Positions 51,216 to 62,097 of a stretch of 64,000 nt of DNA are shown piece by piece; the first letter of the stretch is position 1, and each line of letters begins with the position of its first letter. Below the pieces are notes generated by a model. It saw only the letters and a list, made by a program, of their open reading frames with translations, did no database searches and was not told the origin of the DNA. A program made the position numbers and the translations under genes. This stretch comes from Candidatus Heimdallarchaeota archaeon (lineage in GTDB: Archaea > Asgardarchaeota > Heimdallarchaeia > Heimdallarchaeales > Heimdallarchaeaceae): positions 206,284-270,283 of the forward strand of contig JAHLWR010000002.1 of the NCBI GenBank assembly GCA_019057815.1, written 5' to 3'.

Positions 51216-51316
51216 GTAAAGTGGTTTCTTTTGTCTTTCTGATGGTTTTTCTTATAGATTAATATATTTATAAACACATAAGAACGTCCAGAGTATAACT
51301 AAAGAGTTGTAGAATA

Positions 51317-53134
51317 ATGAAAGTGCCACTTAAAAGATACTGGGAAGTGCAAAAGAAGTACTTAACTCCCTTCAAAAAGAGAGTTGCTATCTTAGGTGCT
51401 CTACTGTTAAGTGGAACTTTATTACAAATTTTTATACCTTTAATTATTGAAAATTATATCAACTCAGCAAAACAAGGGATTCCTCTAGAAGATTTGAATG
51501 CTTTCTTTAGAACGTTAGCTCTAATATTCGGAAAAATTGACACGATTCCCAAAACATTAATTTTCCTTGCCGCACTCTACATCATTCTAATGGTAGTTCA
51601 ACAAACAATTACTGTTCTTGCTGTTTATTTTGGACAGAATCTAGCTTGGTTATCAACTAATATGCTACGATATGACTTAACAAAACACTGCATAAGTCTA
51701 GATATGTCTTTTCATAACGAACATAAACCTGGAGAGATGATAGAACGTATAGATGGTGATGTTAATACACTTGCTATGTTTTTATCCCAATTTTCACTTG
51801 AATTACTGACATCTTTACTAATTATAATTGGTGTTTTAGCTATATTATTCACTAAACATTGGATTATTGGGTTGTCTTTCACTATTTTTACCACCATTGC
51901 AGTCGTTGTTATGTATTTAATGAGAAATTTTGCTAAAAAAAGCTGGGAAGCACAAAGACAAACTAGTGCTGATTTATATGGAATAATTGAGGAAAACCTA
52001 AGCGCAATAGAAGACATTCGAGCAAATGGAGCAGTTAACAATGCAATGCAAAAGTTCTATCGATACTCAAAGAAAGATTTCAAAGCCTTTCGACACGCGC
52101 TGATTAGAGATCAGTTTTTTGTTGCATCAATCTGGGGTATAATAGCTTTAATTAACACTATGATTTTTGCGCCTAGTCTGCCTTTGTATAATAATGGTTA
52201 CATAACTCTAGGAACGATATTCCTAATTCAAATGTTTGCTGGAATATTACTAAGTCCAATCTTTAGAATAACGCGACAGATGCAGAATTTTCAACGAGCT
52301 GGAGCTTCTATTGACCGTATAAATACGTTATTCCAGATTGAGACCAAAATTAAAGATGAAGGACAAAAAAAACTCGCCCCAGGCCCATTGTCAGTAGAAT
52401 TTAATGATCTAAGTTTTGCTTATAACAAAAATGATTATGTTCTTCGTAATATTTCCTTTAAGCTTGAATCTGGAAAAGTATTAGGAATCGTTGGACACAC
52501 AGGAAGTGGTAAAACTACTATTTCGAGATTGCTTTTTAGACTATATGATATTAAGCCAAAGGATGGATTTATAAAACTAAATGGTGAAAATGTTAAAGAT
52601 ATATATCTAGAAGACCTAAGAAATAAAATTTCCTATGTAACGCAAAACGTAGAGTTATTTCAAGCTTCAATAAGGGATAATGTTACGCTCTTTGATAATA
52701 GAATTCAAGATGGCAAGATTACTCAAATACTCTCCGATGTTGGTCTTTCGGACTGGTTTAAAAAACTGCCAAAAGGATTGGATACTATAGTTTCTTCAAG
52801 TGAATATGGTATTTCTGCAGGAGAAGCGCAACTTTTAGCCCTAGCTCGAGTATTTATTAAAAAACCAAATTTGGTTGTATTAGATGAAGCGTCATCTAGA
52901 TTAGATCCAGTTACCGAAAACTTGCTCGAACAGGTAATCGATAAACTGTTAGTGAACAGAACAGCTATAATAATTGCTCATCGATTAACAACTTTAGAGA
53001 AAGTTGATAACATCTTGATACTGGAGAAGGGGAACATCATTGAACAAGGAAGAAGAATAGATTTGGTTAATAATCCAAATTCAAAATATAGTCACCTTTT
53101 ACATACGGGCGAAATAGAGGAGTGGTTACAATGA
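51317..53134 (+). CDS. ABC exporter (TMD+NBD), heterodimer subunit 1
   Basis: GHTGSGKTT, degenerate signature [18 protein letters not shown]. Confidence 0.93.
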   Translation: MKVPLKRYWEVQKKYLTPFKKRVAILGALLLSGTLLQIFIPLIIENYINSAKQGIPLEDLNAFFRTLALIFGKIDTIPKTLIFLAALYIILMVVQQTITVLAVYFGQNLAWLSTNMLRYDLTKHCISLDMSFHNEHKPGEMIERIDGDVNTLAMFLSQFSLELLTSLLIIIGVLAILFTKHWIIGLSFTIFTTIAVVVMYLMRNFAKKSWEAQRQTSADLYGIIEENLSAIEDIRANGAVNNAMQKFYRYSKKDFKAFRHALIRDQFFVASIWGIIALINTMIFAPSLPLYNNGYITLGTIFLIQMFAGILLSPIFRITRQMQNFQRAGASIDRINTLFQIETKIKDEGQKKLAPGPLSVEFNDLSFAYNKNDYVLRNISFKLESGKVLGIVGHTGSGKTTISRLLFRLYDIKPKDGFIKLNGENVKDIYLEDLRNKISYVTQNVELFQASIRDNVTLFDNRIQDGKITQILSDVGLSDWFKKLPKGLDTIVSSSEYGISAGEAQLLALARVFIKKPNLVVLDEASSRLDPVTENLLEQVIDKLLVNRTAIIIAHRLTTLEKVDNILILEKGNIIEQGRRIDLVNNPNSKYSHLLHTGEIEEWLQ

Positions 53135-54912
53135 GTGTTCTAAAAATATCTTGGGAACTACTTAAGTATAAACCTTTGCCAGCTTTTATTGGATTCCTAT
53201 CTGACATTTTGTTTTATATACAACCACTTGCTGCAATGTTAATTATTCGTGAGATCTTTAATCATATTGAAGGCATACAAAATTGGGAAATCAATATTTG
53301 GATTCTAATTCTCCTAATTCTCCCACTCACATTGAGTTTAAGACTTGTTGGGGATTTTATTTTTACTTTTACATTCATGGTTTTCGTCCTCGCTATTAGG
53401 GTCTTGCTTCAAAAAAATATGCTAGAAGGTATCTTCGCAAAACCTGGAGCTGTAGCATTACCTGATTCTCCTGGAGAAGCAATATCAAGATTTCGTGGAG
53501 ATGTAGAAGAAGTATCGTGGTTTATTTATCACCTTACAGCACTATTCAGTTTCGGGATTTTTGCGGTGGTATCTTTTGTCATCATGCAGTCCATCAATTG
53601 GAAGCTGACGGTGTATGTGAGTTTACCATTACTGGTAATGATGGTACTTATTCTTTTTACAAGACCAAAATTTACTGCACTAAGAAAGAAGCGAAGAAAA
53701 GCTGCAGGAGCAGTAACACGTGCTATAGGTGAAATATTCCGTTCAGTGCAATCAATTAAAGTTGCAACAGCAGAAAATAATTTTTTGGAACACTTTAATG
53801 ATATTAATGTAAAAAGACGCAAAGCTGAAGTGAAGGATGAATTCTTTCATCAATTCATTCACAGTATTTACAACGTCTCTATTCACTTGTGCATTGGAAT
53901 AGTTTTATTATTAGTAGGTCAGGATCTCAGTAATAACGTGTTCTCAATAGGTGATTTAGCCTTTTTTGTTGGAATTTTAGGTGAAGTTGGTGAATTTGTC
54001 TGGAATATGGGAGATACGATCCCAAGGTATTTACGAACAAAAGTTTCTATTGAAAGGATGTTTAAGTTAATAAAGAGAGAAGATCAATCAGTTACAGAGA
54101 TAGATTTAGCAAAACATGGTCCGATTTACCTTTGGGAAAATATACCTGAAATACAACCATTACATCTACAAAAAAATTATAGCTTAAGTAGGTTTGAAGT
54201 TCGTGACTTATCTTATTCTTATCCTGAATCTGAAAAAGGAATTAACAAGGTTAATATGAAAATAGAAGAAGGTTCTCTTACTGTAATCACGGGGAGAATT
54301 GGTTCAGGCAAAACTACATTGCTGAGAACATTACTAGGGTTGTTACCAAAGAAGAGCGGAGAATTGTATTGGAATCAAGGAGCTGTGGACAAGGCTGAAG
54401 AGTTCTTTGTTCCACCAATAACTGCATATACAGCACAAATACCTCAGCTTTTTAGTGAAACTTTGAAAGAAAATATATTGATGGGATTACCTGAAAATTC
54501 AGTTGATATTGAGGAGTCTTTGAAGTTAGCTGTAATCGAAAAAGAAGTAGAAGAATTAGAAAATGGTTTAGATACATTGATAGGACCAAAAGGGGTAAAA
54601 CTGTCAGGAGGCCAACGACAACGTTTAGCTGCTGCAAGAATGTTTGCTCGAAAACCTGAATTATTAGTTTTTGATGATTTATCTAGTGCGCTCGACGTTG
54701 AAACAGAAATAGAACTCTGGAAAAGGGTTTTCTCTCAACCCAATACAACTTGTCTTGCAGTGTCACATCGACCACTAGTTCTGAGAAGAGCCGATAACAT
54801 AATTGTTATGAAAGATGGCAAAATTGAATCTCAAGGAAAGCTTGACTTCTTGCTAGAAACATGCGAAGAAATGAGACAATTGTGGGCAACAGAGATAATC
54901 ACAAAGCAATAA
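53131..54912 (+). CDS. ABC exporter (TMD+NBD), heterodimer subunit 2
   Basis: [14 protein letters not shown], degenerate Walker [14 protein letters not shown]; ATGA overlap with subunit 1. Confidence 0.93.
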   Translation: MSVLKISWELLKYKPLPAFIGFLSDILFYIQPLAAMLIIREIFNHIEGIQNWEINIWILILLILPLTLSLRLVGDFIFTFTFMVFVLAIRVLLQKNMLEGIFAKPGAVALPDSPGEAISRFRGDVEEVSWFIYHLTALFSFGIFAVVSFVIMQSINWKLTVYVSLPLLVMMVLILFTRPKFTALRKKRRKAAGAVTRAIGEIFRSVQSIKVATAENNFLEHFNDINVKRRKAEVKDEFFHQFIHSIYNVSIHLCIGIVLLLVGQDLSNNVFSIGDLAFFVGILGEVGEFVWNMGDTIPRYLRTKVSIERMFKLIKREDQSVTEIDLAKHGPIYLWENIPEIQPLHLQKNYSLSRFEVRDLSYSYPESEKGINKVNMKIEEGSLTVITGRIGSGKTTLLRTLLGLLPKKSGELYWNQGAVDKAEEFFVPPITAYTAQIPQLFSETLKENILMGLPENSVDIEESLKLAVIEKEVEELENGLDTLIGPKGVKLSGGQRQRLAAARMFARKPELLVFDDLSSALDVETEIELWKRVFSQPNTTCLAVSHRPLVLRRADNIIVMKDGKIESQGKLDFLLETCEEMRQLWATEIITKQ

Positions 54913-54989
54913 CGTCCTAAGATTACTAACTTGTTGTGAACACATCTTGTGATGTTTCTTTTTATATACTCTGAATTATTGTTTTTTAG

Positions 54990-56258
54990 GTGAAATTCTT
55001 GGATGATTTTGTTGTAAAAGAAAACGAACAAATAGAACTGACAAAGGTTGATGGGGACCTTGAAGTAAAAGACGGAGCTGTAATAAACATTCCAGCTGAA
55101 GTTGAATATCTTGTTGTTAATGGAGATCTAAATTGTGATGGAGATATAGTTATTAAGGGTTCAATATCCGCAAATAATGTCTTCCATCGAGATGGGGACC
55201 TTGAGATTACGGGTAATGTAAAAACTAAAGAACTTACCGTCGAAAGTAGAGCTTTTCGAAATGGACCTTTACTAATTATTGGTGGGTCTCTAGAATGTGA
55301 AGAAGCTAGTATTGATGGATCTCTAGAAGTTGGAGAGGATTTATCTGCCAATGATGTTGATATCATGGGTTCTTGCTCTGTTACTGGTATATCAAAAATT
55401 AACGAATATGAAGTTAATGGGTCAGCTAAACATGGTGGAGATATATATGCTGGTGAGGTTGAAGTTAATGGATCACTCAAAGCTGAATCTAATGTTATCA
55501 TAGAGGAAGAAATGGAAATTGGAGGATCAGCTAGCATATTAGGTGATTTAAAATGCCCAAAAACAGAGGTTGGGGGAAGTTTATCAGTAAAAGGGACTAC
55601 TGAATGCAAACAAATAGAAACAGGAGGTTCTTTTAGAGGAGAAAGAATATCTGCTGAAGAGGTAAGTATTGGTGGTTCTGGCCGTTTTGCATCGGCTGAT
55701 ATAAGCAGTAAACTTACTGTTAATGGTAGTGTAAAATGTGAAGGAGCACTAAGAGTACCCATGTTGGAAATCAATGGTTCTTGTCATGTAGGTGACGATT
55801 CTAGCATCTCTGAATGTGAAGTTAATGGGTCAATGTCAATGGGTCACAACCTCAATTTTGAAACACTCAACGTTAGTGGGTCAATGTCATGTGGAAATGA
55901 TGGAACAGGTGATACAATTAATGTTAATGGATCTTTCAAATCACAAGGTTTACTCAAAGTTGCTTCAGAAATAAATGTGGATGGAAGCATTACTGGAGAT
56001 AAAATTGAAACAGGAACAATGAAGGTTAATGGATCTTTGAGATGCGAAGAAACAAAAGCAGACCTCATAATACTTGGGAAACATTCACGTGCAAGAGGAA
56101 CGTTAATCGCAAAGAAAGTGATTCTTAAGAAAGGTGCAAAAGCTGAAACTGTTATAGCTGATGAAGTTGAACTTGGATCTCGAGCTAGAGTAACAAATCT
56201 TCAAGCTAAAATTGTGAATGAAGAAGAATATACTGAAGATATGCAAGAAGAATACTAA
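54990..56258 (+). CDS. Bactofilin-like (polymer-forming) beta-helix repeat protein
   Basis: Many about 17-aa repeats of V/I-x-G-S/D; acidic composition. Confidence 0.8.
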   Translation: MKFLDDFVVKENEQIELTKVDGDLEVKDGAVINIPAEVEYLVVNGDLNCDGDIVIKGSISANNVFHRDGDLEITGNVKTKELTVESRAFRNGPLLIIGGSLECEEASIDGSLEVGEDLSANDVDIMGSCSVTGISKINEYEVNGSAKHGGDIYAGEVEVNGSLKAESNVIIEEEMEIGGSASILGDLKCPKTEVGGSLSVKGTTECKQIETGGSFRGERISAEEVSIGGSGRFASADISSKLTVNGSVKCEGALRVPMLEINGSCHVGDDSSISECEVNGSMSMGHNLNFETLNVSGSMSCGNDGTGDTINVNGSFKSQGLLKVASEINVDGSITGDKIETGTMKVNGSLRCEETKADLIILGKHSRARGTLIAKKVILKKGAKAETVIADEVELGSRARVTNLQAKIVNEEEYTEDMQEEY

Positions 56259-56312
56259 TTTCCAAATTAATTTCAGTATCACAAATCTTTTTAATTTTTT
56301 TAAAATTAACTC

Positions 56313-56648
56313 TTGAAGCAGATGAGAAGGTTGACTACAGCTAATAGAAATCGTTATGATATTTATGCCGAGGTGTTAATGGTTCTACGATTCTATGATG
56401 AAGCAGGCATTTCACAAATAGGGAGAAGAGCCAATATACCCTTAGATAGGGCGAGAAGTGTAGTTCAATTCATGATTTCAAGAGGTTTAATTGTCAAATT
56501 CGTGAATCAAAAAAAGCGTCCTAAATACCTATACAAAGCAACTACAAGAGGAGATAAATATTTAGAATTGTATAAAGACCTTTCAATACTAGTAGTTGAA
56601 ACCACAGAGGAGGAACTTGATTTGTTGGATAGAGAACTCATGGAATAA
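56313..56648 (+). CDS. Winged-helix transcriptional regulator
   Basis: RNRYDIYAEVL...ISQI.RRANI....L...GLI...YKATTRG..YL. Confidence 0.82.
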   Translation: MKQMRRLTTANRNRYDIYAEVLMVLRFYDEAGISQIGRRANIPLDRARSVVQFMISRGLIVKFVNQKKRPKYLYKATTRGDKYLELYKDLSILVVETTEEELDLLDRELME

Positions 56649-56689
56649 GTTATCGAAATTCTTATTTTACATTAGAAAAAAGAAACTCG

Positions 56690-57493
56690 ATGAGAGAATT
56701 CAGGAACATAGAAGAGAAAAATTGTTTAGAATTTGTTGAATTAAACGCAAGTGCATTCCAAGATGACCATATGGAAAAGGAAAATTGCCTTAACCATATC
56801 AAAGAAGATAACCTCATTGGTTTATTTATTAACAATAAACTTGTTGGATATCTATTAATGCGAATCATGGGTGATTATGGCCATTTAGCTCATATCGCTG
56901 TATCTGCAAAACATCAAAGAAAAGGATATGGAACAGAATTAATGAAATATTCAATTGAATTTTTCAAAAAGCACAATGTTAAAAAAATGGGCCTGTACGT
57001 TGAAACAAAAAATGTTGTAGCCATAAACATGTACAAAAAGTGTGGGTATAAAGTTTCAAATGAATCTTGGCACTATTGGATTGAAAAAGAACAATTGGAA
57101 GAAATCGAAACAAAACATGTGTCAGATACTTCAGGACACATAATAGAAGTAAAAGAAAAAGATCATGATAGGATTGTAAGAGTTTTTCCAGATATTAACA
57201 AAGAAGAACTTCTGGTTCATCTAAAAAGCAAAAAACACATGACATTGGGTTATAAAATCAAGGGAGAAATCAAAGTTTACGCACGATTCAATGTAAACTT
57301 TTCTGGTTGTAGACCTTTTCTATACATCAATGAAACTAGATATGTTGATGAATTTATAGTTAAAATGAAGAAATATAGGGAAAAGGAATATCTCAGACTT
57401 ACTTTTGACAACTATAAGGGATTAAGCGAAGAATTTGAAAGACGAGGATACAAACTATGGCACCATTTATTCAATATGGAGAAAAATCTCTAA
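56690..57493 (+). CDS. GNAT acetyltransferase (tandem fold)
   Basis: HIAVS..HQRKGYG, LYVETKN..AINMYKKCGY. Confidence 0.85.
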   Translation: MREFRNIEEKNCLEFVELNASAFQDDHMEKENCLNHIKEDNLIGLFINNKLVGYLLMRIMGDYGHLAHIAVSAKHQRKGYGTELMKYSIEFFKKHNVKKMGLYVETKNVVAINMYKKCGYKVSNESWHYWIEKEQLEEIETKHVSDTSGHIIEVKEKDHDRIVRVFPDINKEELLVHLKSKKHMTLGYKIKGEIKVYARFNVNFSGCRPFLYINETRYVDEFIVKMKKYREKEYLRLTFDNYKGLSEEFERRGYKLWHHLFNMEKNL

Positions 57494-57522
57494 AAAGTTA
57501 AAACAAAAAACTATTGTCGGTT

Positions 57523-58752
57523 TCAAACCATAGTATTAACATCATTCAGTAGTTTTTCTAAGTATGTTGATTTTCCCTTTGTAGCTAGTTCAAAAATGTG
57601 AGTTGATGCAATTTTAGGCACGGGAAGAGATTGTATTTCATCTCTAGACATTTTTGACAGAGGTTTGCTAAGAACTTCTACGATCGCTGAGGATTTTCTA
57701 AAATCGCTTACTTCTCTCCAAGAACCGCGCAATATATATTCCTTGAGATGCGCTATTTCATAGAGGGATTCCGCCCATTTTACGTTTTCTTCGATTAAGC
57801 CTTGTTGAATGTATCGAGGAATCATATATGAAAGGTTATAAGCTTTACACATTTTATATCCTTTCAAAGCTGGATCAATAACACCCATTTTTTGAACATA
57901 AGATGAATCAGGATATCCGTATTTGTTATTATTTCCATATAGTTGAAAATATTTGGAATAAAGGGAATGGAAATGTTCTTTGATTGTATTCATGAAATCC
58001 TCCTTATATTTTCCAGGTTTAAGGCTTAATCCACCACAAACAATATATTCAGCACCAGAAGATTTAGCCATTCTGTAAAGGGAATGCATATTTTCTTCAG
58101 TATCACCTATCCACGGTAGAACAGGAACAAAATATACCCCACCGTGGATGCCAGCTTTACGAAGTGTAGTAAAAGCAGAATAACGTTCTTGAGTCGAACT
58201 AGAACGTGGCTCGAATATTTCCCTTATTTCGTCATCAGCAAAAGTGATAGTTACAGAAACATTAGCATAAGAGTCTTTATTGATTTTTTGTAGAAGATCA
58301 AGATCTCGAAGAACAAGATTGCTCTTAGTTATTATTGTAACAGGAAAATTGTATTCATGTGCATGTTGGAGAAGTTGACGAGTAAGTTCAAACTCTTTTT
58401 CAGCTGGTTGATAAACATCACAGACTCCACCACCGATGAAAAGCATAAATTTTGATGGTTGTTTAGTCGAGGGTTTAACATTATTCGAGGGAGAAAAGAA
58501 ATCATCGAGGGTAACAGGTGTATTACTAGAAGAAAAATGACCTTTTGATTGAAAATACTGTTCAAGAAGTTCAGGTGAATTGACTTTAACTCTTATTCTA
58601 TCACCAAAATCCTTGTGAAGGTAATAATCATCAGATTTTCCCCTACAATAAACACAATCGTGATAACATCCCTGGTAAGGATTAAAAAAAACATCAGTAG
58701 TATGAGCAAAATGACGAATGAGAGATTTAGCGCGATATGGCTCAAGAATCAT
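57523..58752 (-). CDS. SPL-like (DNA repair) radical SAM protein
   Basis: NPYQGCYHDCVYC, VKVN.PELL, DVYQPAE, ITKS.LVLRD, FEPR, PVLPWIGD. Confidence 0.88.
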   Translation of the reverse strand: MILEPYRAKSLIRHFAHTTDVFFNPYQGCYHDCVYCRGKSDDYYLHKDFGDRIRVKVNSPELLEQYFQSKGHFSSSNTPVTLDDFFSPSNNVKPSTKQPSKFMLFIGGGVCDVYQPAEKEFELTRQLLQHAHEYNFPVTIITKSNLVLRDLDLLQKINKDSYANVSVTITFADDEIREIFEPRSSSTQERYSAFTTLRKAGIHGGVYFVPVLPWIGDTEENMHSLYRMAKSSGAEYIVCGGLSLKPGKYKEDFMNTIKEHFHSLYSKYFQLYGNNNKYGYPDSSYVQKMGVIDPALKGYKMCKAYNLSYMIPRYIQQGLIEENVKWAESLYEIAHLKEYILRGSWREVSDFRKSSAIVEVLSKPLSKMSRDEIQSLPVPKIASTHIFELATKGKSTYLEKLLNDVNTMV

Positions 58753-58855
58753 ATTTCAACCCCATAGCGTTTACAAAAAAAAGTGATTTTACTATAAAAA
58801 CAATTTATCAAGAGGGGACAAGGGTGAAAAAACACCCAATAATCAGACTTAATAG

Positions 58856-58926
58856 TGCTTGAGCTCATCGCTCCAGAGTAGAATCATGAAAATCATCTAA
58901 CCAATTGCTAGTCATCGCTCAAAGCA
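58856..58926 (-). ncRNA. Box C/D guide sRNA for pre-tRNA-Trp Cm34 and Cm39
   Basis: TGCTTTGAGC-GATGA-ctagCAATTGGTTag-ATGA-ttt-TCATGA-ttctACTCTGGAGCg-ATGA-GCTCAAGCA; terminal stem; both guides obey the D+5 rule. Confidence 0.8.
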
Positions 58927-59025
58927 TGATGATTATGTCCCAAGAAAAGTTAACAAGAATCTTTCTTAAATATGTTGTAATAGAGTGAATAGAATTAATA
59001 GATGAGATTTAGAGCTATACGATTT

Positions 59026-59238
59026 TTAAATTGATTTAGTTTTATCTTGGGTAAGTGCAGCTTGAGATTCTGCAGCAAATTGTTCACCCTCTGAACTATG
59101 ACCTCTCAAAAGGCTTCTCTTAACAGGAGATTTTGTTGAAAGTCTTAGAGAGTGTCTTCTTTTAAGTGTAATCAAGACACCAATAAGAATAAAGAAACCA
59201 CAAATAGCAAACAAAATAAAAAGACCAGTTGGAAACAT
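59026..59238 (-). CDS. Small single-TM hypothetical protein
   Basis: N-terminal hydrophobic helix then a basic segment; lies between tRNA-Trp and the sRNA. Confidence 0.55.
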   Translation of the reverse strand: MFPTGLFILFAICGFFILIGVLITLKRRHSLRLSTKSPVKRSLLRGHSSEGEQFAAESQAALTQDKTKSI

Positions 59239-59333
59239 CTAAGAAAATAAGGGAAGGGAAGTTAATAATACTATCGTTTTAAAAGCAGAGAAGAGGTAAA
59301 TAGTTGGAAAATAGAGTTAGGAGTAAAAATTTG

Positions 59334-59448
59334 TGGTGGGGAAGGGGTGATTTGAACACCCGACCAATTGGTTTCTTCGTGGATTGTCATTGTATTAACA
59401 ATGAAAAACTCTGGAGCCAACCACTCTACCGAACTGAGCCACTTCCCC
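59334..59448 (-). tRNA. tRNA-Trp(CCA) with a 38-nt intron at 37/38 (59373-59410)
   Basis: GGGGAAG/CTTCCCC acceptor, GTTGG-CTCCAG|intron|A-CCAAT, GGGTG-TTCAAAT-CACCC, CCA encoded; relaxed BHB CTCC/GAAG. Confidence 0.95.
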
Positions 59449-59784
59449 AACGCCTTTTCATATCTTGTTTTTTTCAGTTATTTCAGTGGTTTCCTCCTTT
59501 TTTTTAAAGATTTCTCTCGTACAGCTACTTATATCCCCTCAACAAAAAATCAGATATTAGAAAATCATCTTCGTTTATATCCTTTATACGGATTATAAAA
59601 ACTGAAAATGGATTATTTAACGGTTTTATAGTTTCATAAATTGTTCTTGATTTTCCTGGCAAAATTGTTTGGTTTTCTAACAAGATACTTCCAGCTTGTG
59701 TTCTTTCAACTTTTTCAATATTAAATCAAACAATATATATCTATCCCATTAATAGAAATTAGAAATAATGGAAAACAGTGATCT

Positions 59785-60432
59785 GTGTTTTGTGTCTTTA
59801 TAAATGTATTACCAAGAATATATATTAGAATGAATTATATGTTAAAATTAAGTTATAAATACAAAGTCTGGAAATTCTCATCGCTTCTAATAATTTTAAT
59901 TGGATTAATTCTTTCCATAATTGGAACAGAAAGAGCTTTTAGCAGGGATATAGAGTGGTTGAAAGCAGTAGGACCTTTGTTTTTTGGAGTCTGTTTCACC
60001 AACATCACACCATATATCTCTATATATGTAAAAGAGTATAGAACTGATAAAAGAGAATATAAAGAACTTAAAAGTAAAATTTGTGGGATTATGAATATAC
60101 TCCTAATAGAGTGTAAAGAAGAGAAAGTTGATTATTATGGTTTATCATTAACCAAAGCATTTGAGGGATTATTCGAGTTTTTCACATCTAATTTACATAA
60201 ATTCAAGACATTCGCGACAGAGGAAAACTACAACGAATTTGAAGGATTATATATCAAACTCAGGAAAGTAGATAGGATGAAATACAGAATTCTTCCAGAA
60301 AATTCTCCGATGCTAAAACAAAGAGTAGATTTAAGCTATCAAGTAAGAACAAAGAAGGATATTGAAAAAAAGATGAAGGAGATAATTGAAGAAATAAACA
60401 GAATTTATAAAACTCTTACTGAAAAAGAATGA
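59785..60432 (+). CDS. Two-TM hypothetical protein
   Basis: Two N-terminal TM helices and a helical soluble domain; start uncertain. Confidence 0.6.
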   Translation: MFCVFINVLPRIYIRMNYMLKLSYKYKVWKFSSLLIILIGLILSIIGTERAFSRDIEWLKAVGPLFFGVCFTNITPYISIYVKEYRTDKREYKELKSKICGIMNILLIECKEEKVDYYGLSLTKAFEGLFEFFTSNLHKFKTFATEENYNEFEGLYIKLRKVDRMKYRILPENSPMLKQRVDLSYQVRTKKDIEKKMKEIIEEINRIYKTLTEKE

Positions 60433-60506
60433 AGATTAAAGAGGTGATTTCTATATGAGGGAAAAAAAAGAAGAGTAAAGATATAATCTTGTACTCATTC
60501 TGTTAA

Positions 60507-60635
60507 TCATTTCTTGCTTTTAGAAGCTGCTTTCATGGATCTTGCTTTAAAACCTTGGTTTTTACCAGATTTATCAGCATGGCTTTGAATTTTTCTAGCA
60601 GCTGTTTTACTCATTTTAGTAGATTTTTTAGTCAT
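60507..60635 (-). CDS. Small basic protein (SMP/LEA-like peptide)
   Basis: MSKTAARKIQSHADKSGKNQGFKARSMKAASK resembles the widespread MT..AA.RIQS...G...GF.ARAQ.AA pattern (from memory). Confidence 0.55.
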   Translation of the reverse strand: MTKKSTKMSKTAARKIQSHADKSGKNQGFKARSMKAASKSKK

Positions 60636-61136
60636 AACAATCATCTTTTGATTAGTTATTTTGAAAAGTAAATAAAACCTATCCTCTCCTGTAAAAAACT
60701 GAAATGTCATTTATTTGATTGAGTTAATTCCCAGAACTTATAGTTCTACACTGTTTTCATGAATATTGAGATATCATGCTAATTACGTAGTATATATCAT
60801 TTTTTACTTTTCAATAAACAATAGAGGTTTTTAGATATATAAAACTAATCAAATAAGATTAATCAGTTTTACATGGAATTAAAAATAGGACTGGGGTCTA
60901 AAACCCAATAATTCTCAAGTTTCCGACAAATATAGTTCTGTGAAAAATTCTCTTATCGTTTGTTGGATTTTCTAAAGTAGTTGTTCTGCAGACTCTACAT
61001 GTAATTATTCATAAGTTGAAGAGTATAAAGAAGCGTATTCCAAGTGTGAAGTATGAGTAGAGGCGAAGGACCCTTCAAAGAAAGAAGTAGTGAGATTACG
61101 ATTTAGTTTAGGTAAAAGATTAACATCTTCCCAATA

Positions 61137-62012
61137 TTGGATACAATTATAAATAGACTCACCATATTTCTCTTCATGTCTAAACCTAGTTCAGGTAGAA
61201 TTGACACAGAAATGATTGGTGACGTACTATTTAGTAATATCTTAGATGCTATAGAGGAGATTGAGGACGAAGAAGAAGATGAGAGTGAAATTTCAATAAT
61301 AACAATTGAATATTATAAGGATGAATTGACTTCAATTCAGTTTCAAAGAATGATTAAATATGTTCAATTTATTACTTCTAATATCAAAATTTTAGAGTCT
61401 TATCATTGTATTGAAAATAAAGAAAACTCATCCACTGATGAAGTGATAATAAGTTTAAAAGATGAAAAGGGTCTTTTTCATACTTGTTTTATAGAACTCT
61501 GGTTCAGAGAAGAAGAGAACTTTTCAATAACAGTAAAAATGTGTTCATGCGACAAAATTAGGGAAGAATTGACTGAACTGTTGTTATTTGTACTTTTCGC
61601 AGATTCAAGGAAATTATTCGTTCTTTTAGACATTCCTTCTTATATTCCTGAAGATATGAGTGAAAAATGGAATTCTGCACTGAAAATGTATCTACTAAAT
61701 CATTTGGTTGAATCTTGGCAACACATAGGTTTTTTAGCAGAGCAGATGACAATAATAATGTATAAAGATTGTTTTAAGGACAGTGAAGACATAAAAGAGA
61801 AGAATTGGAAAAGGATGTTAGCAAGAATAGAGCATAATGCTGAGGATCCTATGCTTGAACATCAAGCATTTTTATTGGATTCACTGAGACCTATCAGAAA
61901 TTTAGTTGTGCACCACAACTTTGGACCAACGATAGAAGATGTTGAATTTGGACTTAGTGTAATACACAGAGTACTCAAGTTATATTATCAAAATGACCCT
62001 ACTTCAATCTAA
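61137..62012 (+). CDS. Protein with C-terminal HEPN-like domain
   Basis: Helical C-domain with LAE...LRPIRNLVVH (RxxxxH). Confidence 0.65.
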   Translation: MDTIINRLTIFLFMSKPSSGRIDTEMIGDVLFSNILDAIEEIEDEEEDESEISIITIEYYKDELTSIQFQRMIKYVQFITSNIKILESYHCIENKENSSTDEVIISLKDEKGLFHTCFIELWFREEENFSITVKMCSCDKIREELTELLLFVLFADSRKLFVLLDIPSYIPEDMSEKWNSALKMYLLNHLVESWQHIGFLAEQMTIIMYKDCFKDSEDIKEKNWKRMLARIEHNAEDPMLEHQAFLLDSLRPIRNLVVHHNFGPTIEDVEFGLSVIHRVLKLYYQNDPTSI

Positions 62013-62097
62013 CCTTAAACAGCAATTACTTTCTAAAAGTTTGAAGAATTAGGTCATACTTGATTAATTTTTATATTGAAATATTCTTCAATAAAAG

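Noticed and set aside
54986-55774. 262-aa minus-strand ORF
   Set aside because: Antisense shadow of the repetitive beta-helix gene.
59373-59410. C/D guide inside the tRNA-Trp intron
   Set aside because: The 38-nt intron has only a TCATTGT/ACAATGA hairpin, with no box C/D pair and no guide complementarity.
59304-59598. Short plus-strand ORFs over tRNA-Trp
   Set aside because: They overlap the tRNA gene on the opposite strand.
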